Assembly: GCF_006345805.1 (NCBI RefSeq)
Contig: NC_043001.1
Span: 95,418,001 to 95,482,000 of the forward strand
Reading direction: 5' to 3'
Source of the DNA: Octopus sinensis
Taxonomy: Eukaryota
DNA length: 64,000 nucleotides
Both the position numbers and the translations under genes were made by a program. Positions within the stretch are counted from its first letter, which is position 1; every line of letters begins with the position of its first letter. A model generated the notes under the pieces. The model saw nothing but the letters and a program-made list of their open reading frames with translations. It ran no database searches and was not told the DNA's origin. This document shows positions 38,351 through 53,742 of this stretch, one piece after another.

Positions 38351-39079
38351 CTATGTCTGTATGTATGCGTCCTTGCCTGTGTGTGTATTCTATGTTTAAA
38401 GTTTTCTACTTTATCCAGTAGCTGGTAATATCATTTTGCATAAATTAATGGGGAAAAATATAAATAGAAGTTGTGGGTTGTATGCGACCGATACAAATAT
38501 TATCATTGGGGTTGCTGATGATGATAACAAGGCCGTTGAAAAGGAAGACAAGTATAATGGGTTTGTTGAGTAGTAGGGTGACCTGAAAGATGGTAATATT
38601 CACCATAAATTTAAGATAATAACGATTTGGTTTCTATTAAGTATGAATAATTGCTACCAAGACATTGTTCAGTACACCCTGTCTCGTTTCCTGAGCTCCA
38701 TTGTGGTAACTGATTCGAAGAAGAAATACTTTTGTTCGAATAAATTTTTGATAACACAAGAAATTGGATTATGTAGGGTGCAATCGGACAGTAAGGTACT
38801 TATTGCAGAGGTACCGAATTAGTTAATCATTAGCCAGAAAAATAAGTGTGCTTTATTTAGATTAAGAAAGGTACATTTGCCGACTTTTGTGATACTTTGT
38901 CAGGCGCTAATTAATTAAATGTATAATAATGAGCAACGATTACGCTATAGTTGTATACATTGGATTCATAACTTGTTCCTACCTACTCAAACCTGCAAAT
39001 AATAACTGACTGCGAAAAGAACTTATTGGTAATGATTTTGTCTGTGAAAATATCGGTGTTAAATTTTGGCACGAGGACA

Positions 39080-39265
39080 GTAACTTTGGGGAGGTACTAA
39101 ATTGAATAAATCCACCTCTGTGCTCAACTGGTACTTATTTCATCGACCCTGAAAGTACGAAAGGCTAAGTCAACTTTGTGGGGATTTTGAATCAGAACAC
39201 AAAGACAGTGGAAATACTTTTATGCATCTTCCACGGCTGCTAAGCATTCTGCCATCTAGCCGCGT
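39080..39265 (-). mobile_element. Degenerate SINE family B
   Basis: Reverse complement of the core: CTGGTACTTATTTCATCGACCC..GAAAGGCTAAGTCAAC. Confidence 0.7.
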
Positions 39266-39449
39266 TTGTGTGTAAAAATATTCCGAACTATAAACGTATT
39301 GAAACAATAGTGTCTTTAACTGAACAGGAATACATAAACGCGTGCCTTATAGTCCGATAACGCCCGTTATAATCAAACACAATGTGTTGTGAGCGTGCAT
39401 GAGGGAACTCACTGCAGTTAAGTCACTCACTGGGGTTAAAGGTGAAGTA

Positions 39450-39938
<489 letters not shown>

Positions 39939-40829
39939 GTTAAAGACTTATCAAGTTCATCTCCGCAAACATGTTTAAGAGAATTTTATGCCAATATCGG
40001 ATCTTAATCTACTTTTAATTAGTTAATTCTAGATTTATGAAACTTACCACCCACTGGCAAAAATATAATTTCTTCTTTGCATATAAGAGAGGCAATTCTG
40101 AGTTGGTAATGAACGACTAAGTCAGTGATTGTGACGAAGTGTAGCGATACCACTGACACGCATGTTTTTTCCCATCTAATGTTGTCTTTCTCATCCCAAC
40201 ACGTTCTGTTTCTATAATGGTATACAAGGAGGATGTTTTCTCGGAGTCACGAACCGTAACCAACTTATACTTTCGAAAGTGTTTAATATAAACATAAATG
40301 GCTTCATGCTAATTATCGTCGTTTAAATTGCCTTGCAATAAAAATTACGAGCACATGCCATTAATTTGAAATATATATTTGTTGTGTGAATATAAAGTCA
40401 CCTGTTGAAAGTGAGTTATGAATGACGGTGTTTGTGACTCTTGAAGAGTAAACACGCAGAACGACATATCTTAGAGTTTGTAGAGTCTTTGATATACCAG
40501 CACAAGTTGGTTTCACGTGCATAAGCAATAAAAAATATTCAGTATCCTTATGGAATCTCATGAGGTTATCTTTTTAATAAATAACAATCCCGATATAGTT
40601 ATTTTGTAATTGTCATCTTACTGGGATATTGTTTAAGCTGAAATTCTAAGAGAAGTGAAGCATCTCTCCAAAATACATATACAAATGTATGTATATGTAT
40701 AAGCGAAAATATATAGACATGTGTATACATATGTATGCATATCTATACACGCAAAAACACACACGCACACACTCACGCACGCACACACACACATACCTGT
40801 ATTTATAAATCTGTATATTTATATGTGTG

Positions 40830-41009
40830 TATTTCGTTTGCCGTTACGTTCTGGGTTAAAATTTCGCCGAGGTCGATTTTGCCTTTCATCCTTTCGGGGT
40901 CGATAAATTAATTACCAATTACGCAATGGGGTCGATGTAATCGGGTTAATCCGTTTGTCTGTCCTTGTTTGTCTCCTTTGTGTTTAGCCCCTTGTTGGTA
41001 GTAAAGAAC

Positions 41010-41010
<1 letters not shown>
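40830..41010 (+). mobile_element. SINE family B, 5'-truncated
   Basis: Core and tail match 20990-21175. Confidence 0.85.
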
Positions 41011-41043
<33 letters not shown>

Positions 41044-41419
41044 CTCATACATATATATGCATAAATAAATAAATAACAGAAACTCCGCAAGGCATGCGCA
41101 CAGCAAGATAGAACTTGAAAGGAAGATCTCCCATCCGATTAGTGTTTTAGCCCTTATACCTGACAGTCTACGGGAGCCGGGCCCACCCAGGTCATGATTC
41201 TTACATGACTTTCTGCTACTTTCCAAAATCCCCTCTCCAGCAGGAATTTAATCTGAGTCGTTCTTTTGTGAAGTTGTGTTCCCAGGTCTGTGTGTCAGCT
41301 TATTAAGCCATTCTGACCGACAGAGGAACCGGTTCTTTTCTTTCTTATATTTAGCCAATGGAATCCATAACTAAATCTATTGGTAATTTCTCCTCACCTA
41401 TGTCCACATTGAGCTATTT

Positions 41420-42390
41420 TCAGCAACGCCAGACAAGCGTTTGATTGAGGCAGTTTTTCTGCGGTTTTTGATACCCAACTGCTCCAGATGCTGTCACGAT
41501 AATGCACCCACAAATCTTCGCAAAACAATTTCACCTGGTTTCGCCGTACAATGGTAACCCATCAAGATGACTCAATATCTGGAGTCCGGCACCTATCATA
41601 ATCGTGTTCCCCATGTGATGATGGCTGACAGACGATTGAGTATAAATCAAATAGCCAATGCTATTAGCATGTCCCCTGAGAGAGTTGAGAATATTATGCA
41701 CAATGGATTCGGCATGATGTAGTTTCTGTGGAAAGGGTGCCACATCTTCTGACACCTGATCGAAAGTGTGCGAGGCTTATGACATCACGGAAAAATCTGA
41801 CATCAACGCAGATCCAAAAGACTTTTGAGAATGTTTCCTTACTCAAGTTGGCTTCATCACTCTCAGCCAGAGAATAGAAGGCTATCCCTGAAGTGGAAAC
41901 TCTCAGCTATACTCGCTGCAAATTAGGTCAAGTTCATTTCATCTGCTAAGAAGGCGATGACCTCTGGTCAAGGGAACGTAAAAAACATTGTGTTTATTGA
42001 CTATCTTCGCAGGGATCAAGCCCTCAGCGGAAAATATTATGCCGAATTACTCAGGCAGTTATGAAATGCTATCAAAACCAAATGCTCATGAGAAATTGAA
42101 GAAATGGGATTTGTTTCATCAAGAGACAATATCTTGGTTTCCATGACTCTTGTGCATGATTGTGGCATTGATTTTATCGATCACCCTACTCCTTCTTATT
42201 ATTTTGCCTTTTCTGACAATAATCTATTACCCAATATGCGAAAAATTAAAATTGCTGGCAATTCGTATCGCATAGATGACGTCTTTTTTTTTTTCCAAAT
42301 AGGATGAAAGCTTTTTCACCTATGGGATCCAAGCACTGAAACACCGATAGAAGAAGTGTGTGAACCGCAAGGAGTCTACGTGGAATAATA
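41420..42390 (+). mobile_element. Degenerate mariner transposase (different family from the 60.6-kb copy)
   Basis: MMADRRLSINQIANAISMSPERVENI, VPHLLTPD (WVPHxL motif), IVFIDYL, GKYYAELLRQL, AFSDNNLLPNM, GIQALKHR*KKCV; TIRs not identified. Confidence 0.85.
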
Positions 42391-43602
42391 GAACTCATTT
42401 GTTAATATTCCATGCGAGTATTTTGTTCTGCCGATGGTTATATGTGTATATGCGTGTATATATTTATATATATACATATGTGAGCGTTTGTGTGTATGAA
42501 TATATGTTTGCATCCATAAAATCATTCACATACATAGTTACATGCACACAAATTTATTGCACTGACACGCGCAATCTCATTGTATTTCTATCTCTAGCGT
42601 TATCGTACTGAAAATAACTTCAAGAAAGTTCTTCGATTTAGTTGTTTTCCTGTTATTTTGACGGCAGAAATGCAAACAAGAAGTGTATGCTCTCCTTTAG
42701 TAGTGCAGTGTAACTATACATTCTAACAGAACTCTGTGTGCTTCTCTTAGCACAATAACGTGTTTAGGACGGATTTCACAAGAATAGAATTGAGCATGAT
42801 TTTTATTGATGATTGCAAATAGCGGAAACACTCTTACACATGCACAACACATTCCAGGAAACAGAAAATGGTCTTCCTGACAAATGTCATTAAGCAACAT
42901 CTATCACGAACGAATAAGATTTATTTATATTCTTTTATGTCATTTTTACATTACATGTTTGTATGAATTCACCGCGATTTAATCGAATGCATGATTAAAT
43001 TTTCTCCTTTGCGGTTAGCTAACAAGCTGAAATCTATTTAGCAAAATGAATGCCAAGACTGCATAGACAAACAATGCTTTAACAATAATTTGCAAGAATA
43101 TTTTGTTGTGAATTTACAACCAGTTTATTACACATTAACCACAAGAAATTGTGAAATGCATGCTAAATATAACTGCAATTAAGCAAATATGCATGTATTA
43201 CGATACAAAGAGAAAATATAAATAGTGAATAAAGGAGAGAATAGTTGAAGTACAGTAACAGGGAAATTAATGTTGAAATAGAAATAAAGAAAATAAGAAG
43301 GATGAAATTTGTTTTAAGAAGGAGAAAAAGCAGGCGGTGAAGAAGATATGATCTAAAAGACATGAAGGTATTTATTAGGAAAACAAGTATTCCGTGAATA
43401 AATCGCATAAGAAAATGTATGATACACTAAAAATAGGCCACCTATTAGAAAACCATTTGCCTCATTGAAAATTCAGTACATCCAAAGTAAACTGTCTACT
43501 GTGCACCAGAATGGGTTGAAATTTGATTGACAAAACGTTCTCTCGATATTAATAGAGACATGCATACATACATACCTACATGCGTATACACGCACGCATG
43601 CT

Positions 43603-43665
<63 letters not shown>

Positions 43666-43670
43666 CTTAT

Positions 43671-43866
43671 TTAAAGCAGCAGAAAATTCAACAAAAGCTG
43701 TTACTCTGAGTTTCGCAAAAACTGTCCGATGAATGGCAACGCGAATCTCAGAGTAACAGGTTTTGTTGAATTTTCTGCTGCTTTAAGTAAAGCATATTAC
43801 TCTACCACTGGTATTTGAGTACTTTTTTTTTCTCCTTGTTTCACATTTATGTGTTTACTCCGGTAT
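43671..43866 (+). mobile_element. Penelope-pLTR-like element, family P4: inverted partial copy plus direct copy with hammerhead-like motif
   Basis: 46-bp arms at 43671-43716 and 43741-43786 (2 mismatches); CTGT-CCGATGA-ATGGCAACGC-GAAT-CTCAGAGT-A-ACAG at 43722-43759; TA-flanked. Confidence 0.75.
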
Positions 43867-43867
43867 T

Positions 43868-43940
<73 letters not shown>

Positions 43941-43964
43941 TATATATACATATATATATATACA

Positions 43965-44130
43965 CAAACACTTTTTTTCTCTCCTTGTTTTTTCTGTGTC
44001 CCTTTCTGTAGAAGAGCGTAGGCTCGAAATGTAAAATACTTTTTTCTATTCCTGAGCGTTATACTAATACATGTGTTTGTTTTGTACACCACCTGTCTTC
44101 GTCATTTGTTTTTTACGTAAACTCTCCTTA
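43965..44130 (+). mobile_element. Penelope-pLTR-like element, family P1, with hammerhead-like motif
   Basis: Homologous to the reverse complement of 53520-53703; CTTT-CTGTAGA-A-GAGC(GTAG)GCTC-GAAATGT-A-AAAT at 44002-44037; TA-flanked. Confidence 0.78.
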
Positions 44131-44141
44131 TATATATATAT

Positions 44142-44192
<51 letters not shown>

Positions 44193-45138
44193 TGTATATA
44201 TAGACAAATACAGGCACGCGGAATAACTTACGGGACAGATATTTAATTTATTGTAATTGTCTCTGCCGCTAGGTGGGTGTCAGAATTACTAACATGTGAT
44301 TTAGAACAAATCCTCTGGCCGAGGGGAGATAATCTCAAAATTGAATTCAGTTTAGGGGACCGAGATTCTTTATATTTTGCTTCCGAAACATGATCCATTG
44401 TTTTCATGTGGTCATTATAGACAAGACCTCAAAGAACATGTACATAATCACTCTGGACATGCGCGTTTCTTATTTGTTTCGGAGTGATCTGTGCACGTAT
44501 ATTTCGAGGAAATTGAACAAAACTAAGAAAACAAATCGAAAATATGATTGAACATTACAAAGTGGAGAAATAAATATTTATAACAGTACGCTGTTATGAT
44601 TCTTCGATAGAATATGCCTATAGTGTCGGATAATTCTGTGTTGATTTCGTTCTAATACCTTATCTTAGAAACACTATTACGCCCCACAAACGACTAGAAA
44701 TTTCTCACAAATACCGATTTACGCTTGACGGAGAACGATGCACGAATAAATCTCAAATACATTGCCATAATTATATTTCTGGTGGCCTTGAAACAGCCTT
44801 GCATGTTTCTAAAAAGTGAATTGAAGCGGAATTGGTTTGGAGACATAAATTTCAGTAAAATGAATTCCTCAACATTATATGTACCATTGGAGGATAGCTT
44901 TTACTGATGGAAAAGGACGGTAGGAAGATTCGGTGCTACAACTATGCAAAAAGTAAGCATCTTAAAACTGCATTTCCTTAGGAAGAAATGGTAATCTTAA
45001 ATGAAGGCTTCCACTAATATAAGTACTCTCAACAGAAATATCGGCGGCAAATACAATACTGCAGGGAACCACAATAATAGTAATTATTGCACCAGCTACT
45101 GGGCTGGAATCCAATGATAATCACACCAACAACAACAA

Positions 45139-45220
45139 CATGGTTCTGGGTTCAGTCCCACTGCGTGACACCTTCGGCAATTGCCGTCTACTAAAGCCTC
45201 GGGGCGACCAAAGCCTTATG
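45139..45220 (+). mobile_element. SINE family A 5' fragment
   Basis: GGTTCTGGGTTCAGTCCCACTGCGTGACACCTT..GACCAAAGCCTT; ends at the R4 fragment. Confidence 0.75.
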
Positions 45221-46005
45221 ATTATTCATTCCGTAATTTCTCTTTCTTTTGTGTGACTTGTGCCGTATCTTATTCTTTGACATTCCTAAGTATTTGTATA
45301 TCTGAGTTCGGTCTAATTGTCTTATTTCATTTTTTTAAATCTAGTATGACAGTGTTACTCTTAACTAGTTTTCTTCTACTGACGGTTGCTTTGTCATATT
45401 TTCTGATCCGAATTTTATTTTTATTTCTTTGTTTCGTGTTTATTTCCATACCCTGTCTGTAGTAATTGATGCAGCTGTTTATTTTAGATCATCCATATAC
45501 AACAGATGAATGATTGTCCTACAACAACAGTTGTATCCACGACCAGTTGTGCTCAGCACGTCAGTCAAAGGTACAAAGAAATTGAAGAAAACGTCTCTCC
45601 CTGGAATATTCTCCTTCTAAAGGAAATGGCTTTAGTTTCTCTGATTCCCTCTTCTGTCTGGAGTTGCAGCATTTCTAAATGTTATGTTTATTAATTCCAT
45701 TATTGTTGGTACTACCTTGTTCATGGCTAAAATTTTCAGGATCCACTTGATTGGAATAATGTCAGAAGCCTCTCGATAATCGATCCAACCCATGCTTGGA
45801 CGCTTCTTTTTTTCTTTCTTCCATTTTGATGCTGTTAATCAATAACTGATGTTTCCAGCCATATGAACCCTTGCATCAGCCTTTCTGCTCTTCTGGAATG
45901 AAATTGTTAGCTTCCAGATTGCTGCCCATTCTCTTCGAGCGATATCATTGCAGTTAATCCTGCAAAAGTTGTAGGGAGACATGTTACGAGGCTGTAGATT
46001 TTGGT
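45221..46005 (-). mobile_element. R4-clade RT fragment, degenerate
   Basis: KGSYGWKHQLLINS, SDYREASDIIPIKWILKIL, RRIFQGETFS, YKYLG; 5' end abuts a triplet array. Confidence 0.75.
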
Positions 46006-46009
46006 ATTA

Positions 46010-46121
46010 TCATTATTAGTGTTACTGTTATTGTTCTTCTTCTTCATTGTCATCTTATAATGATAATAATAATAATAATGATAATAATATTTATTATTAT
46101 TGTTATTATTATTATTATTAT

Positions 46122-46153
<32 letters not shown>

Positions 46154-46214
46154 TTAGTAGTAGTAGTAATAGTAGTAGCATCAGCAGCAGTAGTGGTGTT
46201 AGTAGTAGTAGTAT

Positions 46215-46256
<42 letters not shown>

Positions 46257-46396
46257 CCCCAATACCGCAGAAATCGACTTCCAGAGTCGATTCGATATGT
46301 ACCAGCGAATTACTGAGACCAATGCAAGCGACTGGCCCCCACTTCTTCAAAATTTGACACCTACAGTAGATACGCTTCTTCTTCTTCTTCTTCTTC

Positions 46397-46465
<69 letters not shown>

Positions 46466-46476
46466 CATCATGATTA

Positions 46477-46513
<37 letters not shown>

Positions 46514-46600
46514 CATTATTATTATTATTATCCTTCTTCATCTTCTTTATATAATATTTGTTATTACCATTGTAGTAGTAGTAGTGTTTCTCCTAGCGGT
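46010..46600. repeat. Compound triplet arrays (AAT/ATT/AGT/CTT/TCA)
   Basis: Direct reading. Confidence 0.95.
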
Positions 46601-47319
46601 GATGATGGTGATGAATTACACTTTGGAATACATGATAAGAAAAAAAACGCTATTTTTTTATTTCCCTTTTCACATCTTTCTAAACGTGTGTGTGTGTGTG
46701 CCTGTGTGTGACATGTCAAACCTACAAGACATTCACACATAACCTTATTCTATGGCAGCTATATTAAATTACGTATACACAAATAACAAATATTTATATT
46801 GCCTTGTCCTTCAGATCCAGCACAGTCATGTCCGTGTGATTTTCATAGCTTTTCTTTTCAATCTTACAGAAACACGATTGCCATTCGGTATTGATATGTC
46901 AATCACACACATAATACCATCAATGTTATGGAAAACGATACGAAACTTGTTCTCTGTCGTATTGTGGTCTTTCCTAACGCAACATTTCCGTAGTTTGTCG
47001 AACTTTTTTTCTATTGATATGAAGGACATTCAACTTATATAAGACTTTACAATGTAAGCATGTGTCTTTATTCGTATTCATCAAGTTACAACACATGACA
47101 ATTTGTGCATGTATATTTGCTACTCTTTGTTGATTAGATATATTTGCTGTCCGAAAGTTGATACGGCGTATTATTATTATTTTTTTGCAGGAATTTGACA
47201 TTTCTTTCCATCATATTCGTCTCTATGAATAATTATTATTCAAACACAGGGGTGGGGTGCCAATTTAATCGATTGTGTCACTCACCATACATGCATGACT
47301 TACAACCTATGCCATGGAT

Positions 47320-47581
47320 AATAATAATAATGAATAGCAATGATGACGACGATGATGTTGATGATGATGATGAAGAAGATGATGATTATGACGATGATGA
47401 CGATGATGATGATGATGATGATGATGATGACGATGATGATGATGATGATGACGATGATGACGATGGTGACGATGATGGTGATGATGATGATGATGATGAT
47501 GACGATGATGATTATTATGATGATGATAATGATGATGATTATGACGACGACGATAATGATGGTGATGATTATGATGATGAA

Positions 47582-47618
<37 letters not shown>

Positions 47619-47635
47619 ACAACAACAACAGCATT
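47320..47635. repeat. (GAT/GAC)n microsatellite, about 100 triplets
   Basis: Direct reading. Confidence 0.96.
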
Positions 47636-48467
47636 GTGAGACTGATGCACGTCAACAATAGCATTATGTGTGTCTTCAGGTAAAGTAAATATTCCTTTCC
47701 GGTGGTAAATTGAGTAACTCTTAAAACTACCAAGCAACGTCTTACCATCATTTATAACTTTACTAACACCAATAATTGCCGAATTCAAATACATCTTCCT
47801 TGTGGTTAGCAAGGTAATCTACAATAAAGGAAATAAAATGCTTCTTCAGGATTGTCACTAACCACACAATAATATTTGATTGTTGAGAAATGCATTTGAC
47901 AGACTTTTCCATAGTTGCCTTGAGACATTCTTAGAATTCTATAAAACATTTCAGGTTGTTGGTAATCTAACCTCGAATTGTATGAAATCTTACGATTAAT
48001 TCATAGACATGTACTATGCACGCTCATGACACTGATTAAACTGCGGCGCTTTTCAATTTGATTCTCTATCACCTCAACATATTTCTGTGACCCTCATTAT
48101 CCTGAGGACGCAGCTGATGATCGAAAACATTGATACAGACACAGGGCATACAAATTATTCATTTCCTCTACATGAATGTTCAAGAGTTTATGACGAAAAG
48201 GAATCAACGGCCTTTAACTATAGCAAAACGAATTCTTGAAGATGCTGAAATGACGTCTAACTGTCAGAAGTGTTCTAAGGCTATATTCTACAACAAAAGA
48301 TTTGAAAAGGTACATCATACAGATAGACAAGACTTTCATAATTAAGGAATTACCTCCAGAAAAATAAATCTACAAATGTGTAAGTCTGAGAGGATGAGAT
48401 GGCATTCAGCATCCACAAATGCGCAAAAAAAAATGAAAAGTGTTTTGATTGAGTTAGAGCTCTCCTA

Positions 48468-48516
<49 letters not shown>

Positions 48517-48962
48517 TATTTCTGATGATATTATATAGTAACATTAGCTGTTGCTAATTTTTGTTATTTTGTGGTATTTCGCTCTTTCCTCCCGATAAAT
48601 AGAAATACTTGATTAGATTCTTGCTTTATATTGTACCGCCCACTCCAGTTCCATTCCTATTTACTACCAGTGTCCAAGAACATAATAGGATTTCATTTAT
48701 GTATCGTTACTATCTTACGTAAACAATACCATAAGAAAATGGCTGCTCATATATTTTGCATATTTTTCTTCGTGTAGCGTAATTTCCTCCATATATCGTA
48801 TCTTGTTATTGGATTAGTTGACTGATTCAATTAACAGTAAACGTAATTCAACCATATTGATTAACTAGTTGAACTCAGGACCGATCTTATGTACCGCGAA
48901 GCATATTGCCAAAAATTAACTTCATTGCACTCTGCCGACATGTGATAATAATAAATATATAC

Positions 48963-49697
48963 ACAGGCGTGGCTCTGTGGTAAGAAGCTTCGTTCCCTCA
49001 CTGCCTTGCTCTGGGTTCAGACCCACTACGAGATATATTAGGCAAGTCTTTTATTATAGCCTCGGGCCGACCAAAACCTTCGAAGTTGATCTGATAGACG
49101 GAAGCTAACCGTATGGATATATATCTTTCGACAGAAAGATACACAGAAAAGAAAGCAAGGAGAGAAACAAGGAGAGAAAAAAATGCGTGTAGGAGCTAAC
49201 GATCTATCATGGCGTTCTGACTTCGGGCAGAGGTCAGAGGTCAGACGCCAGAGGGACAGTAGGGGAGATAACAGGGTCAAATGACTTCCAAAACGAAGGT
49301 GTCCCCAACACGAAGGTGCGTGTGTGTATAAGAGAGTTTGTATATGCGTGTGAAAGAGGGCTGGTGGTCTGGACTAGTGTATGTATGTATGTGTGGGTGT
49401 GGAGATGGGTGTGTGGGTGGTGTGTTGTGATGTGATATGTGTATGTATGTGTACGTGTGTGTGTGCGTGTGTGTGTGAGCGCGTGTCTCTGTGTCTGTGT
49501 TTGTCCCCCTCCACCGTTTGACAACCGAAGGTGGTGTATTAACGTCTCTGTAACTTAGCAATTCGGCAAAAGAATCTCATAGAATAAGGACTAGACTTCA
49601 AAAAATAATAAATCATAGTCCATTTGTTCGACTAAAATCCTTCAAGTTGGCACCCTAGCATGGTCACAGTTAAATGACTGGTACAAGTGAGATAAAA
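48963..49697 (+). mobile_element. SINE family A split by an insertion at its central TA tract
   Basis: 5' half at 48963-49115; 3' half at 49490-49697. Confidence 0.8.
49123..49440 (-). mobile_element. Longer P1 pLTR-like fragment nested in the SINE
   Basis: GATACACAGAAAA..GGAGAGAAACAAGGAGAGAAAAAAATGCGTGTAG matches 53650-53700; it stops inside the hammerhead motif (CTTTCTGTCGA). Confidence 0.7.
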
Positions 49698-49759
49698 GAT
49701 GCTATACGCAATGACGATGAAAGCCATGTACATTTATACACTCATATATAAGCATGATG

Positions 49760-50095
49760 ACTACGCATGACTCAGTGGTTACATCATCGATCGTACAATG
49801 GTAATGTTGTCAGTTCGATTCCTATGCCGGGCTGTGTGCTTTGTTCTTGTGCAAGTAACTTTATGTCATAATGTTCCAACTGACTTAACTTTAGAAATGC
49901 TTTTCGACGTCACAAGTGCCATGTTGTGTCGATCGCTTTACCTTTCTTACCCTAGGAAAACATAGGTTGCGTGCAGTGGAGGGAAGGGTATGCATTGGCA
50001 TCTGCTGATCTTCCACAAACAAACCAGCACTGGCATGTTTCGAAGGGGAACTTTCTATGTATAATTCTATTTTCATTCGTGATCAAAAGGAGTCT
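49760..50095 (+). mobile_element. Degenerate SINE family D
   Basis: tRNA-like head; body homologous to 55190-55460 (TAGAAATG..CGTCAC..CGAAGGGGAACTTT). Confidence 0.65.
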
Positions 50096-50185
50096 TTATT
50101 TTACTTTCATTTAGGTACAATCGTACATGCCCATCTGTTTCCATGATTGTCTTACTATCCTAACATCTCTCCACCTCTCCATGAA

Positions 50186-50855
<670 letters not shown>

Positions 50856-51894
50856 AAAGCATTCTATAGGGGACTAGTGGAGGGGAGGTACGATGACGAT
50901 CTCGGGGCGAACTTGGACGTCGACGAGGAATACCTGACCCGCCTGTTCGGGACGACTTTCGGGCCAGGGCCCATGGACAACTTTCAGAGATCCCTGGCCT
51001 GGCAGTTCTACCGAGAAGCGCTACCCGTTCGGGATAAGCTCTACAGACACGGCTCGAGAAACACGGGGCCGACCTGCCCGAGATGCGGTCAGAGCGACGA
51101 AACCCTTCTGCACGCACTCATGCAGTGTCCAACAATTTCCGACCTGTGGGCTTATGTCGAACAATTGCTGTCACGTGTGGGACGAGTCGGTTTATCAGCT
51201 GAGTCTATCGTCAATATTGTCACGCCTCCTTCCTTCAAACGGGAAGGAAGAGCTATTTTCATTATCCTTGTGGCTACGGCGAAAGAATGTATCTGGTAGA
51301 CGCGTCTGAAAGGATTGGAGACAAACACTTTCCTCTCTGGTCAATCTCTCATCAACTTCTTCAAGTACCACTTGAAAAGGAAAGTGAGTGGAGATGCAAG
51401 TTTTATCTAGCGAATGTTTTAAAAAAAGATGGGTGAATGTAGCAAGGTTGGCCCGTATGAATGACGAAGCCACCTTGAGCATAATCCTATGAACCCAGAA
51501 ATTGAAAACAGAGGGTTACCCACTTGCAAACAAATGTGGTAACATATAACAATATTGACCAAGGTTACCGTGGTCTTTTTCGTAGGCTTTTCTTCCAACG
51601 GATAAACCTTATCTGCTTTCCCCTTTACACCATATATCATGACACTGATACACGATCCCGATTGATCGTTTTTTTTTCCTCTTCCCCATTTTTTCCTCTT
51701 TGTTCATTTTTCATTTTTCTTTTCTTATGTTCCTTTTCCTTTTTTTCTTTTTCCCTCCTTTTACGATCGAAAACCTACGCCACTTTTTTTTTCTTTTGTT
51801 TTTTGATTTTTGTTTTTTCATCCCACAAGAGAAAAAGCTCTACCTTGTAATTTGTCCTATCTGTGTGCAGCCCTGTGTGGCCAATAAAGAAACT
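50856..51894 (+). mobile_element. L1/Tx1-like LINE 3' end (zf-RVT-like region + 3'UTR), inserted in (TCTA)n
   Basis: AFYRGLVEGR..LAWQFYREALPVRDKL..CPRCGQSDETLLHALMQCP..LW; premature TAG at 51297; AATAAA at 51883; TCTA repeats on both sides. Confidence 0.88.
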
Positions 51895-51925
<31 letters not shown>

Positions 51926-51950
51926 CTATCGATCTATCTATCTATCTATA

Positions 51951-52003
<53 letters not shown>

Positions 52004-52100
52004 GTCTGTCTACCTATATGTTCGTCTCTCGATCTATCTATATATCTATATATCTACCTACCTACCCATCTACCTACCTTCCTACTTACTTATCTATCTA
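51895..52100. repeat. (TATC)n/(TACC)n microsatellite
   Basis: Direct reading. Confidence 0.95.
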
Positions 52101-53483
52101 TTGATTTCTTCTTTTATTACTATAAATGCATCCGTCGAAACACGCCTCCTACATATTTAAATTAATTGTTTATGTGTATGTTTAAGACCATATATACAGA
52201 TAAGCTTTTCATCTGTTTGTGATTTCCTATTTATGCGTTTCTCTTTCCTTTTGGAATTGCCATCGCAAGTTTAAAATTTATTCCGCACATGAATTTCCTG
52301 ATATTCTATAACCTAATCGATTGGACAATGTATAAACCCTTTTATTAAGTTCCAGTGCATTCATAAAAATTTAAAAGATTTTTATGTCTTTTTGTAAACA
52401 ATAAAGATTTTATAACATATCAAATGAGATCCTTATAAAGATGTTTCTGAGAAAAGCATGTTGATTGTAGCCTAATCATTAGCATCATATAATATTGTTA
52501 TTATTTCGGAAATATTTGTTCCTGTTGCTCTGACATTCCACTGCAGGTTAATACTTCGATGCTCTTGTTGCAAGCGAGTTAACCCGCAAAAACCTAAAAT
52601 TAATCTACGTGCATATCTTCATATAAACACCTTTCTCTTTATTACAGTATTTCATTGTTTAACACAATGCGCCCTTCCTTTTGTTGCAGAATTTCATTGA
52701 TGAACAATTATACAATTATATAGCCTATAGCTATCAAGAAAGGCGGCGCGATTGAAACATCCTTTTATAACCATTTTATTTTCGCTATGGCAGTTAATTT
52801 TCTTGGGAAGCATAAATAATGCCTTACCACTTAGCTGTTTTTTTTTAATATGACATCGTGCCGAAAGATAAAATAATCAATATCTTTTCCTCTGTATAAC
52901 ATTTATTCATTTTATTTGGAATAGAAATAAAGGATTAATCTGAATTTTATGAAAATTTAACATTTAATTTTCTAAATAAATTTTAAGCTGCATATTCCTA
53001 GTAATTACGAAAGGATTCAGTAAGGTTCATGTATGTTTTACAACGTCATTTCGCTTGTTAATGGGCTGAATTTCACAAAACCGCATTTCCTTTCCGATAA
53101 ATTTACGATATTGTACCCTTAATTAATATTTCAATTTGATTCATTTTAATAAAACATTTTGCTTTCAAATATGCACATTTCCTTTAAAACTCATGTTAGG
53201 TTAAACCTGATTAATTAACTTATAGAAATATTAATACTATATTAGCACAATAGATATTACTGTTTATTCTCAATTAGGTGTGTGTGTGCCATGTAGTAAC
53301 TTATTTTTAATCGCTGATGTATAAAATCTAGAATCGCACAGACGAATTGTTACACTTACTTCACGCAATATGAAACATTCTTAATCAAAGATATTCAAGC
53401 CTATATATAAATATATATATATTTACTTACATGCATATATACATACATACATACATACATACATACATACATACATACATACA

Positions 53484-53519
<36 letters not shown>

Positions 53520-53701
53520 TAAAGGGAAAGTTTACGAAAATAAACAAAAGACAAAGACAGGTGGTGTACAAAACAAACAGATGTATTAGTATAGCGCTCA
53601 GGAATAGTAAAAGTCTTTTACGTTTCGACCATACGCTCTTCTACAGAAAGGTACACAGAAAAAAGGAGAGAAACAAGGAGAGAAAAAAATGTGTGTAGTG
53701 G

Positions 53702-53703
<2 letters not shown>
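53520..53703 (-). mobile_element. P1 element with hammerhead-like motif (53615-53650)
   Basis: Minus strand: CTTT-CTGTAGA-A-GAGC(GTAT)GGTC-GAAACGT-A-AAAG. Confidence 0.8.

Positions 53704-53737
<34 letters not shown>

Positions 53738-53742
<5 letters not shown>

Noticed and set aside
48101-48130. CTGAGGA / CTGATGA followed by GAAA
   Set aside because: No stem II or stem I/III pairing could be drawn.
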